Of a stretch of 64,000 bases of DNA, positions 12,501-31,564 are shown piece after piece. The position numbers and the translations under genes are program-made. This stretch comes from the human T2T-CHM13v2.0 reference genome, Homo sapiens. The stretch is from NCBI RefSeq assembly GCF_009914755.1, contig NC_060928.1. The stretch is one strand, 5' to 3'. How positions within the stretch are numbered: the first letter of the stretch is position 1; each line of letters opens with the position of its first letter. A model generated the notes under the pieces. It was not told the origin of the DNA, searched no databases, and was given only the letters and a program-made list of their open reading frames with translations.

Positions 12501-13089
12501 ACTAATTTGATACTTTTCTGCTTTAGTGTTTTATATCATAACTGTTGTAATACCATTTAAATTTATGCAAAATCTAATAAGTACTGATTGTTTAAAATCT
12601 AAAGTAACACAAAAGTTGTGATTATTTTGCCTCTAACATGGCTTGAATAATTTTAGTGGTCCTAAATGGACCTAATATAGTAGACTTATGTTAGTGGTGC
12701 TATTTTTATTACATAGCTGGAACAGTTTTAGTGGACTGGAGGCAACCTTTATTTTGTAAATAAAAAATTATTTTCCTTTTGTTATTTTACGTAAAATCAT
12801 TTAATACTTAACATATATCACATAAATTTAAAAATTCAATATTGATACATAATTTCAAAGGCATAAATGAATATAAATTTGGAGAATTGTATCAGACATA
12901 TTCTGTTTCTAATATAATCTTATTGAATTATAAAATGAATTATTTAAACTATATAAGCTTTCATTTGTTTAAAGTTCTTCTCATGAGGTATTCATTCAGA
13001 AGAGGTAAAAAATCAACTGAGAGATACAATAAATTCCCAAATAGATATGATTGAAATGATGATCATCTTGAATAAGAAGTTTAAACGTT

Positions 13090-13386
13090 GGCTGGTGCAG
13101 TGGCTCACAACTATAATCTCAGCATTTTGGGAGGCCGAGGCAGGATGATTGCTTAAATGCAGGAGTTCAAGGCTACCTTGGGCAACATAGTGACACATCT
13201 CTACAAAAACAAAAAATTAGCTAGTCGTGGTGGCACACACCCATGGTCCCAGCTACTCAGGAGAGTGAAGTGCGAGGATCACTTGAGCCCAGGAGGTTGA
13301 GGCTTCAGTGAGCCATGATCACGTCAGTGCAATTCAGCCTGAACAGAGCAAGACCCTGTTTAAAAAAATAAATTAAATAAAAAAAA
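13090..13386 (+). mobile_element. AluJ, full length
   Basis: Dimeric Alu with J-type gaggatcacttgagcccaggagg and an A-tail. Confidence 0.92.
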
Positions 13387-13550
13387 GGTTTAAAAATTGG
13401 AATTCTATTGATTTACTTTTTTGAACCTCTAGAGTGGAACAAAAATAAAAAAGAATATTAATATTTAAATGGGAATTTTGGTGGCAGTAATAGCAAAGAC
13501 CATTTTAGTATTCCATGTTTGAAAAACTTACATTTTTCTGGTGGTAGTTG

Positions 13551-13850
<300 letters not shown>

Positions 13851-14384
13851 TGATAGTCTAAATAATATACTTTTTAGAATATTACAAGTAAAAGATGATT
13901 AGTTAGGTTAAGAACATCAGCACATCAGTTTTGATTCTATAGCAGAATTAACTCAAAATGGCATACAAAAATAGGAAGAATTGCTTTCTACAAGGCAGGT
14001 CAGGACGAGATCTGGTTTGGCTTTAGATTTTGCATGTTCAAATGTTCTAAACCATGGTGTTTAATCTGAGTTCTTCCTTTATATGGCTTCCTTTTTTGTT
14101 GTATTATCTGCATTATCTGGCACCATTAAGCAGTGTCAGCCTAGAACTAGGCAGTGTCAGCCATTCTAGGTTAACAGTATTCTTAGTGTTAGAAGACACA
14201 GCATCAAAGGAACACTTGCCTTTCTTCCAATTGTGCAAAAGAAAAAAATATCCCATTGTTCCTCTGCCTTTTATTGAGTCATGTTCCCATCATTGTGGGG
14301 GAAGAATGCAATGCTTCTATCTTACTGGAATTCAGTTATAAATCTGAAGTATAATCTGATTAATTTATATGTATATGATAAGCC

Positions 14385-15895
14385 TTAGAACAATCAATAA
14401 CTATCAAAATATGGTTTCTGAACACAAGTGGATTAAATTACAACTCTACAACATAAGGGATTTTGAGAAATTCACGAATATGTATAAATTAGCACAGTCC
14501 TAAATAGATAATGCATTCAAGAAGAAATCAAAAAAACATTTCTAGAAAATAATTGCAGATGAATGAAAACAAAAATACGGCATATCAAACTTATAAGATG
14601 TAGGTAAGCAGTGCTTAGAGAGAAATTTATATTTGTAAATGCTTATGAAATACATATTATCTATGTAATATTTTTAATTAATAACCTAATCTTCTGCCTA
14701 AAGGTCCTGGGGGACAAGGGGACAGGTACGAGGAAATTAGAATGAAGAGGATATAAATAATATAGCTGTGGAAAAAATAGAAAAAATTAAGAAAACCAAA
14801 AATGTTTTAATAAGATCAATACAGTTTATAAATTTTGGGTTGGACTTACCAAGAAAAAAAGAGAAAAGGCTCAAGCTACTAATAGAAGGAAGTGACACCA
14901 CTAACAACCTTAAAGAAAACAAAAAGAATTGCTGGAGAGTACTATGAACAGCTGTATGCCAATAAATTAGATAAATAAATGAAATAGACAATTGCTTAGA
15001 AATACTTGAAATACAGAAACAGATCAATTAAGAAACAAAAAACTCAATGGATACATCAAAAGTAAAGGGTTTAAATTAGTAATATAAAAACTCCCTACAA
15101 TAAAAAGTCAGGATCAGATGTTTTTACTAAAAATTTCTACCAAACATTTTTAAGAATTAACACCAATTCTTTAGAAGCTACTTTTAACTCATTCTATAAA
15201 GTCAATATTACCCTGATACCAAAACTATTCAAAGATAACAGAAGAAAAAGAAAATTTAACAACAGTATCCCTTATGAATATTAATATAAAAATCCTCAAC
15301 AAAATACAAACAAACAAATCAGAAATATATAAAGATGATTATATGTTATGAAAAAGTGGGATTCATCTCATGAATCTGAGGTTGGGTCAACATCTTAAAA
15401 GCAATTAGTATATAGTGTATCATATCAATAGAACGAAAAATAAAAGTACACGACTATCTCCGTAGATGCCAAATAAGCATCTGTCATAATCCAAAACCTT
15501 TGTGATAAATATAATCAGCAACTAGAAATAGAGGGGAATTTCCTAAACCTGACAAAGGTCGTCTATGAACAACCAACAGCTAGCAGCATGCTTACTTTGA
15601 AAGGCTGAGTGCATTCCTCCAAAGATCAAGAATAAGAAAAAACATGTGTTTGTTACTACCTCTCTTCCATATTATACCAAACTTTGAGTTGGATGGGGAG
15701 TGACTGTCAATGCATAAGGCATTTCCTTTTTGGGGGTAGAAATGTTCTAAAATTGGTTGTAGGAATGGATGCACAACCCTAAATATACTAAAAATCATTG
15801 AATTTGTACACTTCATATGGGTGAATTCAATTTTATGTAAATTAAATATTAATAAAAGTGTTTAAAAATAATAAATAATAAAAAGAATAAATAAC
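14385..15895 (+). mobile_element. Old L1 (L1MB-like): degenerate ORF2 joined to the 3' UTR (internal deletion near 15685)
   Basis: A-rich ORF2 text (tactatgaacagctgtatgccaataaattag; tattaccctgataccaaaac), then the 3' end ggggagtgactgtcaatg...aatgttctaaaattgg...aataaaa. Confidence 0.85.
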
Positions 15896-16170
15896 ATAGA
15901 GATAAGACCTGCTACTATGTAGAAAAAAATTAATGCTAGTAAACATTGTGAAATTCACCTAGGTCAAATTTGACCATGGGATTAACCCTCCCAGTAGTGA
16001 CTCTGTTAAAAGCAAGTACCAGTTTCACAAAATGAGGAAGGTCTTATCTACAGAAATAAATCAAGACTAACTGGGTTTAAATGACAAAATCAGGTAATCA
16101 ATGCAAAGTAGTTGCCTATATTGATATTTAAACACTTGGAAAATGTTGTTTTCAAATGATACATGGTTGC

Positions 16171-16626
16171 TGAGATGGTTTTGATGTTTTCTCCTTCAAC
16201 ATTGGAGGTGGGCCTAGCAGGAGGGGTTTGGCTCACGGGGGCAGGTCCCTTATGAATGGCTTGGTGCTGTCCTCACATTAGTGAGTATGTTCTCACTCCA
16301 TGAGTTCACTGGAGATCTCGTTGCTTAAAAGAGCTTGACCCCTCACCTCTCTCTCTCTTTCTGAGTTCACTGGAGATCTCATTGCTTAAAAGGGCTTGAC
16401 CCCTCACCCCCCTCTCTCTCGTTCCCTTTCTCGCATGTGATGCACTGTTTCCTCCTTTGCCTTCCACCACGATTGTAAGCTTTCTAAGGCCTCTTCAGAA
16501 GACTAGCAGATGCTGGTGTCACGCTTATTATACCGCCTGCAGAACTGTGAGCCAAATAAACCTCCTTTCTTTATAAATTAACCAGTCTCAGGTATTCCTT
16601 TATAGCAACACAAACAGACTAACACA
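16171..16626 (+). mobile_element. MST-family MaLR solo LTR with an internal 61-bp tandem duplication
   Basis: TG...CA termini, perfect 5-bp TSD gttgc (16166-16170 and 16627-16631). The duplicated unit starts at 16301 and 16362. Confidence 0.9.
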
Positions 16627-16899
16627 GTTGCCATGTCCAGACAAAGTAAGTGTTCAGAGGTATAGGGCATAGTTAATTAATCCAGGTACAGGTGGTAAGT
16701 CCGAGCTCTTCCTAAACAACTTTGTGATTTAAATGAATGTCTCCTTTCTAGTCTTGCTACAAAAAGAATTGTCAATAATAATAGCTAATAGCATGACAGA
16801 CTAACAAAATACTAAAACATATTTTACACATATACATGCTGTTAATAATTTTGCCTGGAAATGTGCTGGCTACTGCATAAACAATGGAGGTGTCTAGAA

Positions 16900-17110
16900 G
16901 AGTGTTTCCCAGTCCATGCTCACTGGAGACAGCTGTAAGTTACCAGGAGTTTCCTGGTTAAGCAGTGTAGGAAAAAGTTGGGTAACACAAGGTCCAATGT
17001 GTTTTCCTACGGTGTGACTTTACTTTGAAAAGCTAATGTTCACCATAACTTTCTAAGACGGTAATGTTGTACAACATATAATCAAAAAATTGTCTTTCAC
17101 AGAACACACT
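16900..17110. mobile_element. Degenerate hAT-Charlie-type DNA transposon fragment
   Basis: Starts agtgtttcccag and loosely resembles MER103-like elements. Confidence 0.35.
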
Positions 17111-18929
17111 TTAACTGTTTTCAGCGTGCAAAAACAGTACATGCCCTACAGAAGGAATGAAAAAAGTATTACCTGAAATCACACAATAATGACAAAAAAG
17201 TTATTATCCATTCAAAATCACACACACACACACCCCTACAGGTAACTCTACATATATTTAGGGTTTTGTATTAGTTACATTATTCTCTATATGGTGTTTT
17301 ATAATTAATTTTTTTCTTAACATTACAAAATAGGCATATTTTTCTGTGATCATATTTTCATTTTTTGTAGCCTCATAGGTTTCTGTAATATATTTTAACT
17401 ACTGGATTGTTTTACATTTTTCCACTTGGACTTTTAATTGCTTATTAAAGTGTTTGCATTCTAATTCTTTGACATCTATTGTCACATTGTTCCTCAAAAA
17501 TATGCCCTTTACACTTTCAATTAGTATTCTTTACCCATAACTGTGTGAAACCTGTGCTTCCACTTTTTAAAACCTATTATATTTGTAGATATTTGAAACA
17601 ATCTCATTGTTTTAAATTTTCTTTCACTGTTTACTAGTAAGCTAATAGCTTTTTCTGTTTGTTGGTCACTCACATTCTTACTTTTTTGAATTGTTTCCTT
17701 TCTCAAAACACTCTTTGTGAAGAGCTGTTTCAGGAGCCTTCCATCTGGCTAGATGACTCAGAGGACATGCAGAAACTCATTAAAGTGTGTAGAATGATCT
17801 GAGGTCACTTCATGACATGCTTTCTCACACAAGGAGAATGTAAATCAAAACCTGAAATTCATATTCCATTAACTCAGAACCAGTATGCACATCAGAGTAT
17901 TGTATCATGAGTTTTGTTTGTTTCGGTTAAAAGTGATCTCCATTTTATTTAATTCTGCTTCTATTTTCTACTTAATATACAGACATAAAACATTCCAGAA
18001 ATAATATACACAGTGAGAGCTATCGTGAGTAATAGAAAAATAATTTTAAAAATGGGTTTCAAATCTCCTAATCCTTTAACAAATCTAATCCATTAGCCTC
18101 TATCTTGTAATGAATGTTCACTCTCTAAGCTGGATTTGCTGTGCTGCTAACTGGATCCTTGCTTCCTACTTTCAGTCTGACACTGTCATCTGCTTAGATT
18201 TATGGTTATCCCAATGTCACCTTTACATACTAACCAATCTCTTCTAGAAAGAAGCAAACAGAAAAATACCAGCTCATTTTAAAGGATTTTTTTACATACA
18301 AGCCATTGTTTTTGCTCAGAAAGAAATAAACTTTACTTTGCACTGGTTTGATTATAGAAGCAAAGAGGTGCAGCTGGCTTTTAGTAGATTAATTGAGATT
18401 TTTTTCATAAAAGCCTGGGGTTATTTTCTCTATCCTATATGTACTAGGTATGAAAAGTAAGCATTTCAGTATCAATCTTAATATACATATTTTCTTTCCA
18501 AGTTTGAAGTTCACTTAATAAATAGTAAATTTTTTAAAGTTTTACTCAATTTAGAGCAGGACTATTTTATATAAAACAAACCATATAAAATATTTGAACA
18601 ACTAATAATTTTTGATTATTTAAAATAATAATAGGAGCTACATTATGAATCGAGCCAAAATTGCTATGATGAGAAACACATGTTTTAAGGAGGAGGGTGG
18701 TGAGGGAAAAGAAGAAAAACAAGTACTGAAAAACCACTGCTTGTGAAGCATTTACCATATATGTAGGTTTTACACTCCATTTGAACATAGAAACCAAAGT
18801 GCAGAAAGCATATTAAGGTGAGCCATGCAATACTGTTGATGTATGCCCATGTATTTCATATACAAAAAAAGGCAATTACCCATAGTTCAGAAATCAAAGC
18901 AGATTTGTCTACTGCCCAAATGTTTGATA

Positions 18930-20411
<1,482 letters not shown>

Positions 20412-21885
20412 GAGATGATTGCTGAAGTCTAGAAAGGAGATAACGTTAATTTTATCCAGGTCAGGGCAGAGAGGATAGAGAGAAGTGGTTAGGTAAAAAT
20501 ATCTGTGTAGTAGATTCAATATAGACTTAAAAATGGCTTGAAAATTTTTATGGTTAGAAAAGAGAAAAACTCCTAGGTTAGATATACAAATATTGTTGGT
20601 TTTTATCTGGGATCTCAATTCATATTTGAGGGAGACAGACTTTCCCTTTGTTTTAGATAATTGTTTTTGGTAGGTGGTGATTCTTGTTTAAGACACAAAT
20701 GTACTGACATGACAAGACCCAAATGCCCTTAATTCAAACTGAAAAGATAAACGGTCTTTTTATTAAGGGAAACTGGCAAATCTACAGGTATGCAGATTCT
20801 ATTTTCTTTAGAGATTTTATTTCCTGAGCAAATATTTAGACTGGGTGAAATACTTAGACTGTGGAGCTCCCACATCTGAGTAGATCAATAGGAAAGGTCA
20901 TCTCTTTTTCATTAGGTGAAACTATAGCTGGTTTCAGTGTCAGTAGCAAGTCTATGTTAATTTAGAGTTTCCAGTGGCAGTGGGCTTTAGCAACTCTGGG
21001 GTATGCCAAAGTAGATAGGGCCTGGAAATCAACTGCCATAACATTAAAAATCATACCCCTTGCATAAATGAAGACATTTTTGTCATCCTCACATCCAAAC
21101 TCCAGTAGGGTCAAATAAACAAGACTGACCTCTTGAGAGGGCTGAATCTTTGGAGTCTTTGAATTCTGCAAAAGAGTCCACTTGATGGAAGGATACACTT
21201 CTTGTGATCAGCTAGATGTGGGTTAAGTAAACTTTTATGTAAAAAAAACTCAATCTTTTTTTGTTCTTAACATGAAGTTATAAATGTGTTTTCATTATAA
21301 ACCAAAATATTAGCATGAAATGATATTGTTAAATCATTTCATTTTTTGATAAAGATGTAATTATAAGAAAAATTCAGTTTTTGTATAAAGGTTATTTAAT
21401 CAATGACATAATATTTACATGTTTAAAGATATATCATTTTTTCCTGTACAATAGGTTATAGTTATTAAAAAATCACATATTTGATAATGCAACACAACTA
21501 GGTCTGGGAAATATTCATTCTGTAATATGTGCAGTCACTTATTGTATGTTATGGAGTCAAAAAGAAAAAGTTATTTATGTTTATCACCTAATATTTGAAA
21601 AGACTGCTTCTTCTGTCTATAAAATTCAACTGGTATACTTTTATAATAATGTTCATGTTTTATTTGTAAAAATATAAATTTTGAAAATTCTCACTACCAT
21701 TTTAAAGTGCTTTTCTTTACATATAGTTGATTTGACTAATTTATAGCTTAATAACTGAAAAGAGAAATTGGAAATGAACTTCACTATACTCTCAGTTTAT
21801 TATCAGTAATGTTTGAAGTCTAAGAGATAGCTTTATATAGTAAGTAAAGAATTAATTTTGCTTAATGATTTTTACTAATTTATGA

Positions 21886-22297
<412 letters not shown>

Positions 22298-22677
22298 TGA
22301 AATACACATTTTAATATAAACTATGGAGCTTCACTAAAGTATAAGTTTTACTCTCTCTATATATATCTATAAATCAAAACATGGTAATGCATTAACACCA
22401 CAGCAACTATACTGAACAAACCAAAAATGTCAAGGGGGATCTGAATCATCGTATACTTATTTTATTCTAACTAACACAGATATTTACTTGATAAACAAAT
22501 TAAAATTCACAGTTCTTGCTTTAAATGGGAAGAAGAAGCCAAAACTCTTCAAAATTCTTTGGAAACCACTAGAAACCCATTGGTAACAGTTGGGATATAT
22601 TGATCGAAATAATTAATATACAAACTTTCATCTGTAGTTTCATCTAACAAAATTCTGAAATTTTAAATCATTAAAAC

Positions 22678-25130
<2,453 letters not shown>

Positions 25131-28100
25131 ATGCCAAACTGCTCAGATTGAGGCAGAAAGTAGGGGCCCAAACCCCACAAGCCAGGCTCCCCCACTTCCT
25201 ATGTCAACTTCTTCATTCTTTCCTTGTAATGCAAGGCATCCAGGGATCAAATTTTGAAAACCTTGACCTCATGGGCTAGGATATAAGTCACACTGCGTCA
25301 GAAAAATTAAGTGAGAGAAAAAATTAAAGTCACCGTCCCATATAGGCAAGCTTTTCTTTGGAATAAAACTACTTTACTTAATAGAAATTCTTCAAACGCT
25401 TCCTTTGGTAAAGATTATATAAGAAATTAGTGAGTGAATTTTAAAATAGTTTGCAAAGGGATAGTTTTAAGAAGCATAACTAGGTATCATTGTAGTGGTG
25501 AGCCAGAGGTCAAAGTAATTGAAATTGTAAAATGACACAAAGGCTATCTAGTGAATTAAATTATAATTGGAGAGTGATAACATCTTCTTATACATAATAT
25601 GAATGCAAATACAAATGGAAAAAAAAGACTTTGAAGATGTCTTTTTCTTTCATTTCTCTCTGGAATGATATGCCTAGCTTCTATATCCTTGCCTTAAGGA
25701 TTATGTGTGTGTCTGGGATTAGTTCCCAGAAATGTTAATATTACTTTATTTTCATCCTCTCAATGATGTGAAAACACAGCTGGGGAATTAAATGCAAATG
25801 CAAACATTTTCCTTAGCAAAATTCTTTCTACTCTTGTAAGAAACCTCTTACATCTATTTGTTTTAATGTTGAATACTATTCAAAATTTGTCATTAAGTTT
25901 TAATTAATTCACAACATGGATCTGATTCAAAATAAAGAGTTAGGTCATCTAAGTCTTTTCAGAATGATTATATCCAGGTTCTCTTTGTCTATCACATTAC
26001 TCAATTTCAAATATTTTTTTCTCCTACTTTACAGATAAATCTCATTTGATGTTCAGCTCACATTTCCTATATCTTCTTTCAGTTCACTTATTTTAGGTGA
26101 TTTACCCTACCTGTGAGTTTCTAGCACCTTTGAATATTCTGATGTATGTAAATTGCAATGATGTATTTCCTTATAATGGCACTGCTGATCTATCTATATG
26201 CAGAACTAACCCTGTGGCACTTAACTAGCTATTTCCTTAATCTAAACAATTTCCATTTGAATCATTCTCACAGCTTTTATTCCCTTAAATACATTGAATT
26301 ATATTCTTAGCCAAACTATTTTTAAATGGCATATCTCATAGGGCATGATTGATTACCTTTTAAAACTAAATATGCTAAATGTCACTAGAAGGTTCATGGA
26401 GGCATGATAATACTTTTGGGCCACTAAGAATGCCACTGAGACTTCTGGGCCTTGAATAACTATTGTTGAAATATGTCTTTATTAAAAGTACTCAGTAAAA
26501 GCAATATGTGGCTTTTTATAATGTCACCCTTACATTTATAGGGGACCAGCTACATTTCTTTCTGGAGGATATACAATTTTAAAAGAGCAGAAATCGGCAA
26601 GGCCAAGTCATCTAAGGGGCCAGCCAGAAAGTACATTTCTGAAATAAGAATGCATCTTTATAATTAATGTGCACATTTAAGGAATTTTTTTGCCTGCTGA
26701 AATGCTACTTGTAAGGAAATGAGGGAATGTATGGATATCTATAAAGAGTTTTAGCTAAAAGTCAGGCTTTATAAATTGATTTGATTAGACACTTTCTCCA
26801 TCCACTAAAATATTCGTAAAGGTAAAATTATCTAAATCAAAACTTACACTAATAAGAAATTTGTTGTCAGAGTATGGAGGAATTTTTCACTAACTATAAA
26901 TGTATTACCCTTGGTTAAAAAAATTAAAAAAAAATCAGTGGACAACTTAGGCTTTTTAAAAAATGGCAATTGTTTCCTCTCCGACTTTCTGTTCTCAAGG
27001 ACATCAACAATCTGCACTGAACAGAATATTAGGCAGGGCACAACGTCTTCAGGGCAACCTGAATATTTAGACTTTATTTTCCTTTGCTCCCCAATCATAT
27101 TTCTATATCTCTTTATGAAAGGTACATTAAAATGCATTAAATAGGAATTTGGAGAGAGGAATATTAAATGTGCATTGCATCCTGGGAGATGGAATGGCTT
27201 CAGAACTAGAACAATGCCAGCAAACTGAGAAGTATGCTTAAAGCTGTGAAGATCAGTGTATACACCTACTGATTTGAAAATGGAAACTAACACTATCCAG
27301 TGTCATTGCATAGGACTGATTTCTACACAGATGTTTTCATTAAGAAGAGTAAATTGAAGAACGAAACCTTAAAGAAAACAAACCAACATCAGATTTGAGA
27401 AAAGGTATTTAATAAGTGGGAAAAGATACCCAAGAAGAAGTAACATATATTTGAAAATAATTCTACACACAAAAAAAATTTGCTGTTTGGGATGCTCAGT
27501 CAAATTTAAATTAATATTAAAACTATTAAATGTTGAAAGCCATAAGGAGCATAAAGTCTTTTTGAAAGAATAAAAAGGTAAAATGACAGTACAACCAGAT
27601 GAGATTAAAATGAATAAGGCCTTAGAAAGAAAGGATCACAGAAAAAGCTAAATCGTATTAGTAGATTAAAAACTGTATGCAAGGCACACAAATAGATTTG
27701 ATAATGCAAAAATCAAATAAATAATGTTGAGGAAAAATTACAAAAATGTTTCTGAATATTTACAAAAACTAAAAGAAAATGCAAATGAAGAGAGGTGATA
27801 CATAATGCTAACAGGTCTTAAATATTACTCCTGCTCCTGAGCCAACACCAGAATAATAAAATTAGCATTGTTAGCAATTAATGCAATTATTAATAGCAAA
27901 AAAGATCTCCTGGAACTAATAGGCCGATGTACATAGATCAAAAAAATGCATCATGTTCTAGTCAAAATAAATGGAAAAGTGACTAAAAAGACATATAAAC
28001 AAAACATTCACTCATATATGTACATGTATATATACAAAATAGTTGTACATGTATATGAAGGAATATATAATATGAAGAAATAAAATTATGAATCATTCTA

Positions 28101-28486
28101 AAGACTTCTTCTGGACTGCTTTGAAGGATGTACATACTTTGCCTGTGATGTATGATTTTATATCTTCACGTTTGTTTGATTGCCTTAGTTTCTATGTCTG
28201 AATGCAATAGAAAGACAATCACACATATACAATTATTCAGTAAAGATATCAATCACATGTCCTAGCTATAAAACCTTTTTAAAGATATACCCTTGCTAAA
28301 TGGCATAAATCAAAATTAAATGCTTAGTCATTTGGGCAAAGGAATATTGAGCATTTTTTAAGTAAGGAAGAAACATAAGATTTAATATAAAAATACTCAA
28401 TGCAAAAATCAAGATATAAACCCATATACTTCATATGCTCATAATTCATAACTGCTTGTGGTGTGTTTAGAATAATCCTGAAAATT

Positions 28487-28792
<306 letters not shown>

Positions 28793-29319
28793 TTAAGTGG
28801 CTTGGAAGTGGGTGCCTCCACGAAGGTGAATTATGATTTGAGAAAAAGGGATAAGGGCAAAACTCTTCAATACCATTCACTCTACAAATTCTTCAGTATT
28901 ACTGATTTTGTACAATGTGCATATCGTTTTTAAAAATAAATGAAAATCAAGTTTGAGAATATTATAATAATTTGACTGTCTTTAAATACTGTCAATTTTT
29001 TAAAATAGTTAAATCCAAATATAGAATTTAAAACATTTACTATATTAAAAGTTACTTGCGGGAAAATTGAATATATAAATAAAATATTATGAAATATATA
29101 AAAACTATATATAATTAACATAAACATACTTTTGAAAAAATATATTTTCTTCATAAGCTTCAGTGACAGCAGTCATTTTTAGTATTGTCATTCAGTGCAT
29201 CTGTAAAAAGACAAGTTTTCAATTTTGTCTAAAAAACATAAAAGAGTCAATTCTTTAATCCTAGGCATCATCTGGATATTCAAGGAGAAAGACCACCTCA
29301 ATTATAGAAATAATGGTAA

Positions 29320-29690
29320 TGCTTGCTGAGTGCACTAGGCAATGGCCTAAAAATCCCATATATTAGTTCATTTATTTTCCATTACAACATTATGAGGTAG
29401 GAGGTATTATTAGATTGGTGCAAAAGTAATTGCGGTTTTTGCCATTACTTTTAACGACAAAAGGTTTTTGCTATTACTTTTAACGATGAAAGGTTTTTGC
29501 CACTACTTTTAATGCCAAAAACCACAGTTACTTTTTCATCAACCTAATATAAAAATCCCCATATCACAGCTAAAGAAAGAGGAACGCTAATTGGTTAAGG
29601 AACTTAACCTACGGTAAAAAAGCTGGTGAGGAGCAGAATTAAAATGTAAACACAAGCTATCTGGTTCTACAGTGCACTAAGCTATCCTGC
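29320..29690 (-). mobile_element. MIR, split by MADE1
   Basis: acaacattatgaggtaggaggtattat...ccccatatcacagctaaagaaa...ggttaaggaactt. Confidence 0.65.
29410..29547. mobile_element. MADE1 (Hsmar1-derived MITE) with an internal 29-bp unit in 3 copies
   Basis: TIRs ttagattggtgcaaaagtaattgcggtttttg...caaaaaccacagttactttttcatcaacctaa with TA TSDs. Length 138 = 80 + 2x29. Confidence 0.92.
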
Positions 29691-29742
29691 TTCTACAATG
29701 AATTCAAAACAAAAAACCATATTATAACATGAAACGTGTTGA

Positions 29743-30231
<489 letters not shown>

Positions 30232-31487
30232 TAAAACACCATTTTGTTACAAAGACTAAAACGTATAGTAATCCCTTTCACTATAAGAAATGTTAAAAGT
30301 ACATTATTTGAGAATAAATAATTAGCTAACAACTTTACTAACTATATACATATATATATTTCCTCTGAAAGCAGATAACCTCATAATTTTTCAGATTAAG
30401 GTAGAGTAATTACTGATTAAGGGATTCTAACCTGTCAAGAGTCACTCAATGCTCTAGCAAGATATCCCAAAGAGCAAAAAAAAAATATATATATATATAT
30501 GTATATGTAATTTACATTGTCTACTGATAAAGAAAAGCATTAAAATATAATAAGAAAGTATAATTTCTAAAATTGCATGTGCAAGTATTAGTTTAAAACT
30601 TTCAGAAAATTGAGGCATTTTAAAGAGATATTCTGATGGTCAGCAACAGCATCTGCTGATGATGATACTGAACTGGGAAAGAAATATATTTCTTTTGTGC
30701 TGCATCAAATGTGAAAATTGCAATGGCTGAACATTTACCCAGGTGAAGAATCCTGCTGTTGCTTGACCTTATACATATTTTTTGACAACTGACTTCCTTA
30801 TTTTTATCATTAGACTAAGTTCTTTGTGATAATAGTTGCCTTTCATTATTCTTTGTCTGAATATATTCTAAAATGATTTGAATTGTTGTTAGTCCTTCAC
30901 AAGTAGGGAGCCAAAATGAGAGAGCAAGGACATTATGTGGTAATCTACTCCTAATTTAGATTCAACAAGAATCAGATATATTTCCATATTCCCAGGCAGA
31001 CAGATATGATTCTGCTTCAGTAGTTTTAAAAGGGAGGCAAATCATTGAATAGAGTGAAGCTGGTCAATTTGCCAAACACCATTTCACCTTAGTCATTTTA
31101 CTGAATATCCAACCTGCAAAATTGCTGAAGAGGCTTCTCTAAGTTTTCATGTATTCCCTGACCAGTTCTAACCCCTGACCCTAACCCTGCATTTTTGCAT
31201 GGAATTTGGTGCCATTTTTTCCTAATATAAGCTATATTTTCTACTGTGTTGAAAACATAGGCCTTTGTACAATTACACCCCTACCATTGCCCACTTCTGA
31301 ATGAAATGCCTCTATTTGCCCTTAAAGCAGCAGTAGGAAAGTGGCAACAAATAAAAAGTGTAAATATAAGAGAAGGCTTTCTGGAAAGCTGACTTCTTAG
31401 TTTTGCACTAACTGGAAATAGAGAAAGGAGAGGAAAGGGTGTTCAAGAGTGGCTTTCTTAAAACCATGGATTCAAACAAAACATGGA

Positions 31488-31564
31488 GGTTGCAATGAGC
31501 CAAGTTCGCACCATTGCACTCCAGCCCTGGCGACAGAGCTAGACTCTGTCTCAAACAAACAAAC
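31488..31564 (+). mobile_element. Severely 5'-truncated Alu
   Basis: ggttgcaatgagcc...gactctgtctc with an (AAAC)n tail. 14-bp TSD aaacaaaacatgga (31474-31487 and 31565-31578). Confidence 0.9.

Noticed and set aside
26844-27293. Longest non-Alu ORF (149 aa, minus strand)
   Set aside because: No recognisable domain, non-ATG start, composition typical of AT-rich chance ORFs and no convincing splice context.
27300-28450. A-rich stretch resembling very old L1 ORF1/HAL1
   Set aside because: Too degenerate to assign a family or boundaries by eye.
29434-29520. Possible CRISPR-like array (29-bp repeats)
   Set aside because: Units are head to tail with no spacers, inside a MADE1 in human DNA.
31168-31189. 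Telomere-like ctaacccctgaccctaaccct
   Set aside because: Only about 3 degenerate units, too short to call an interstitial telomeric site.
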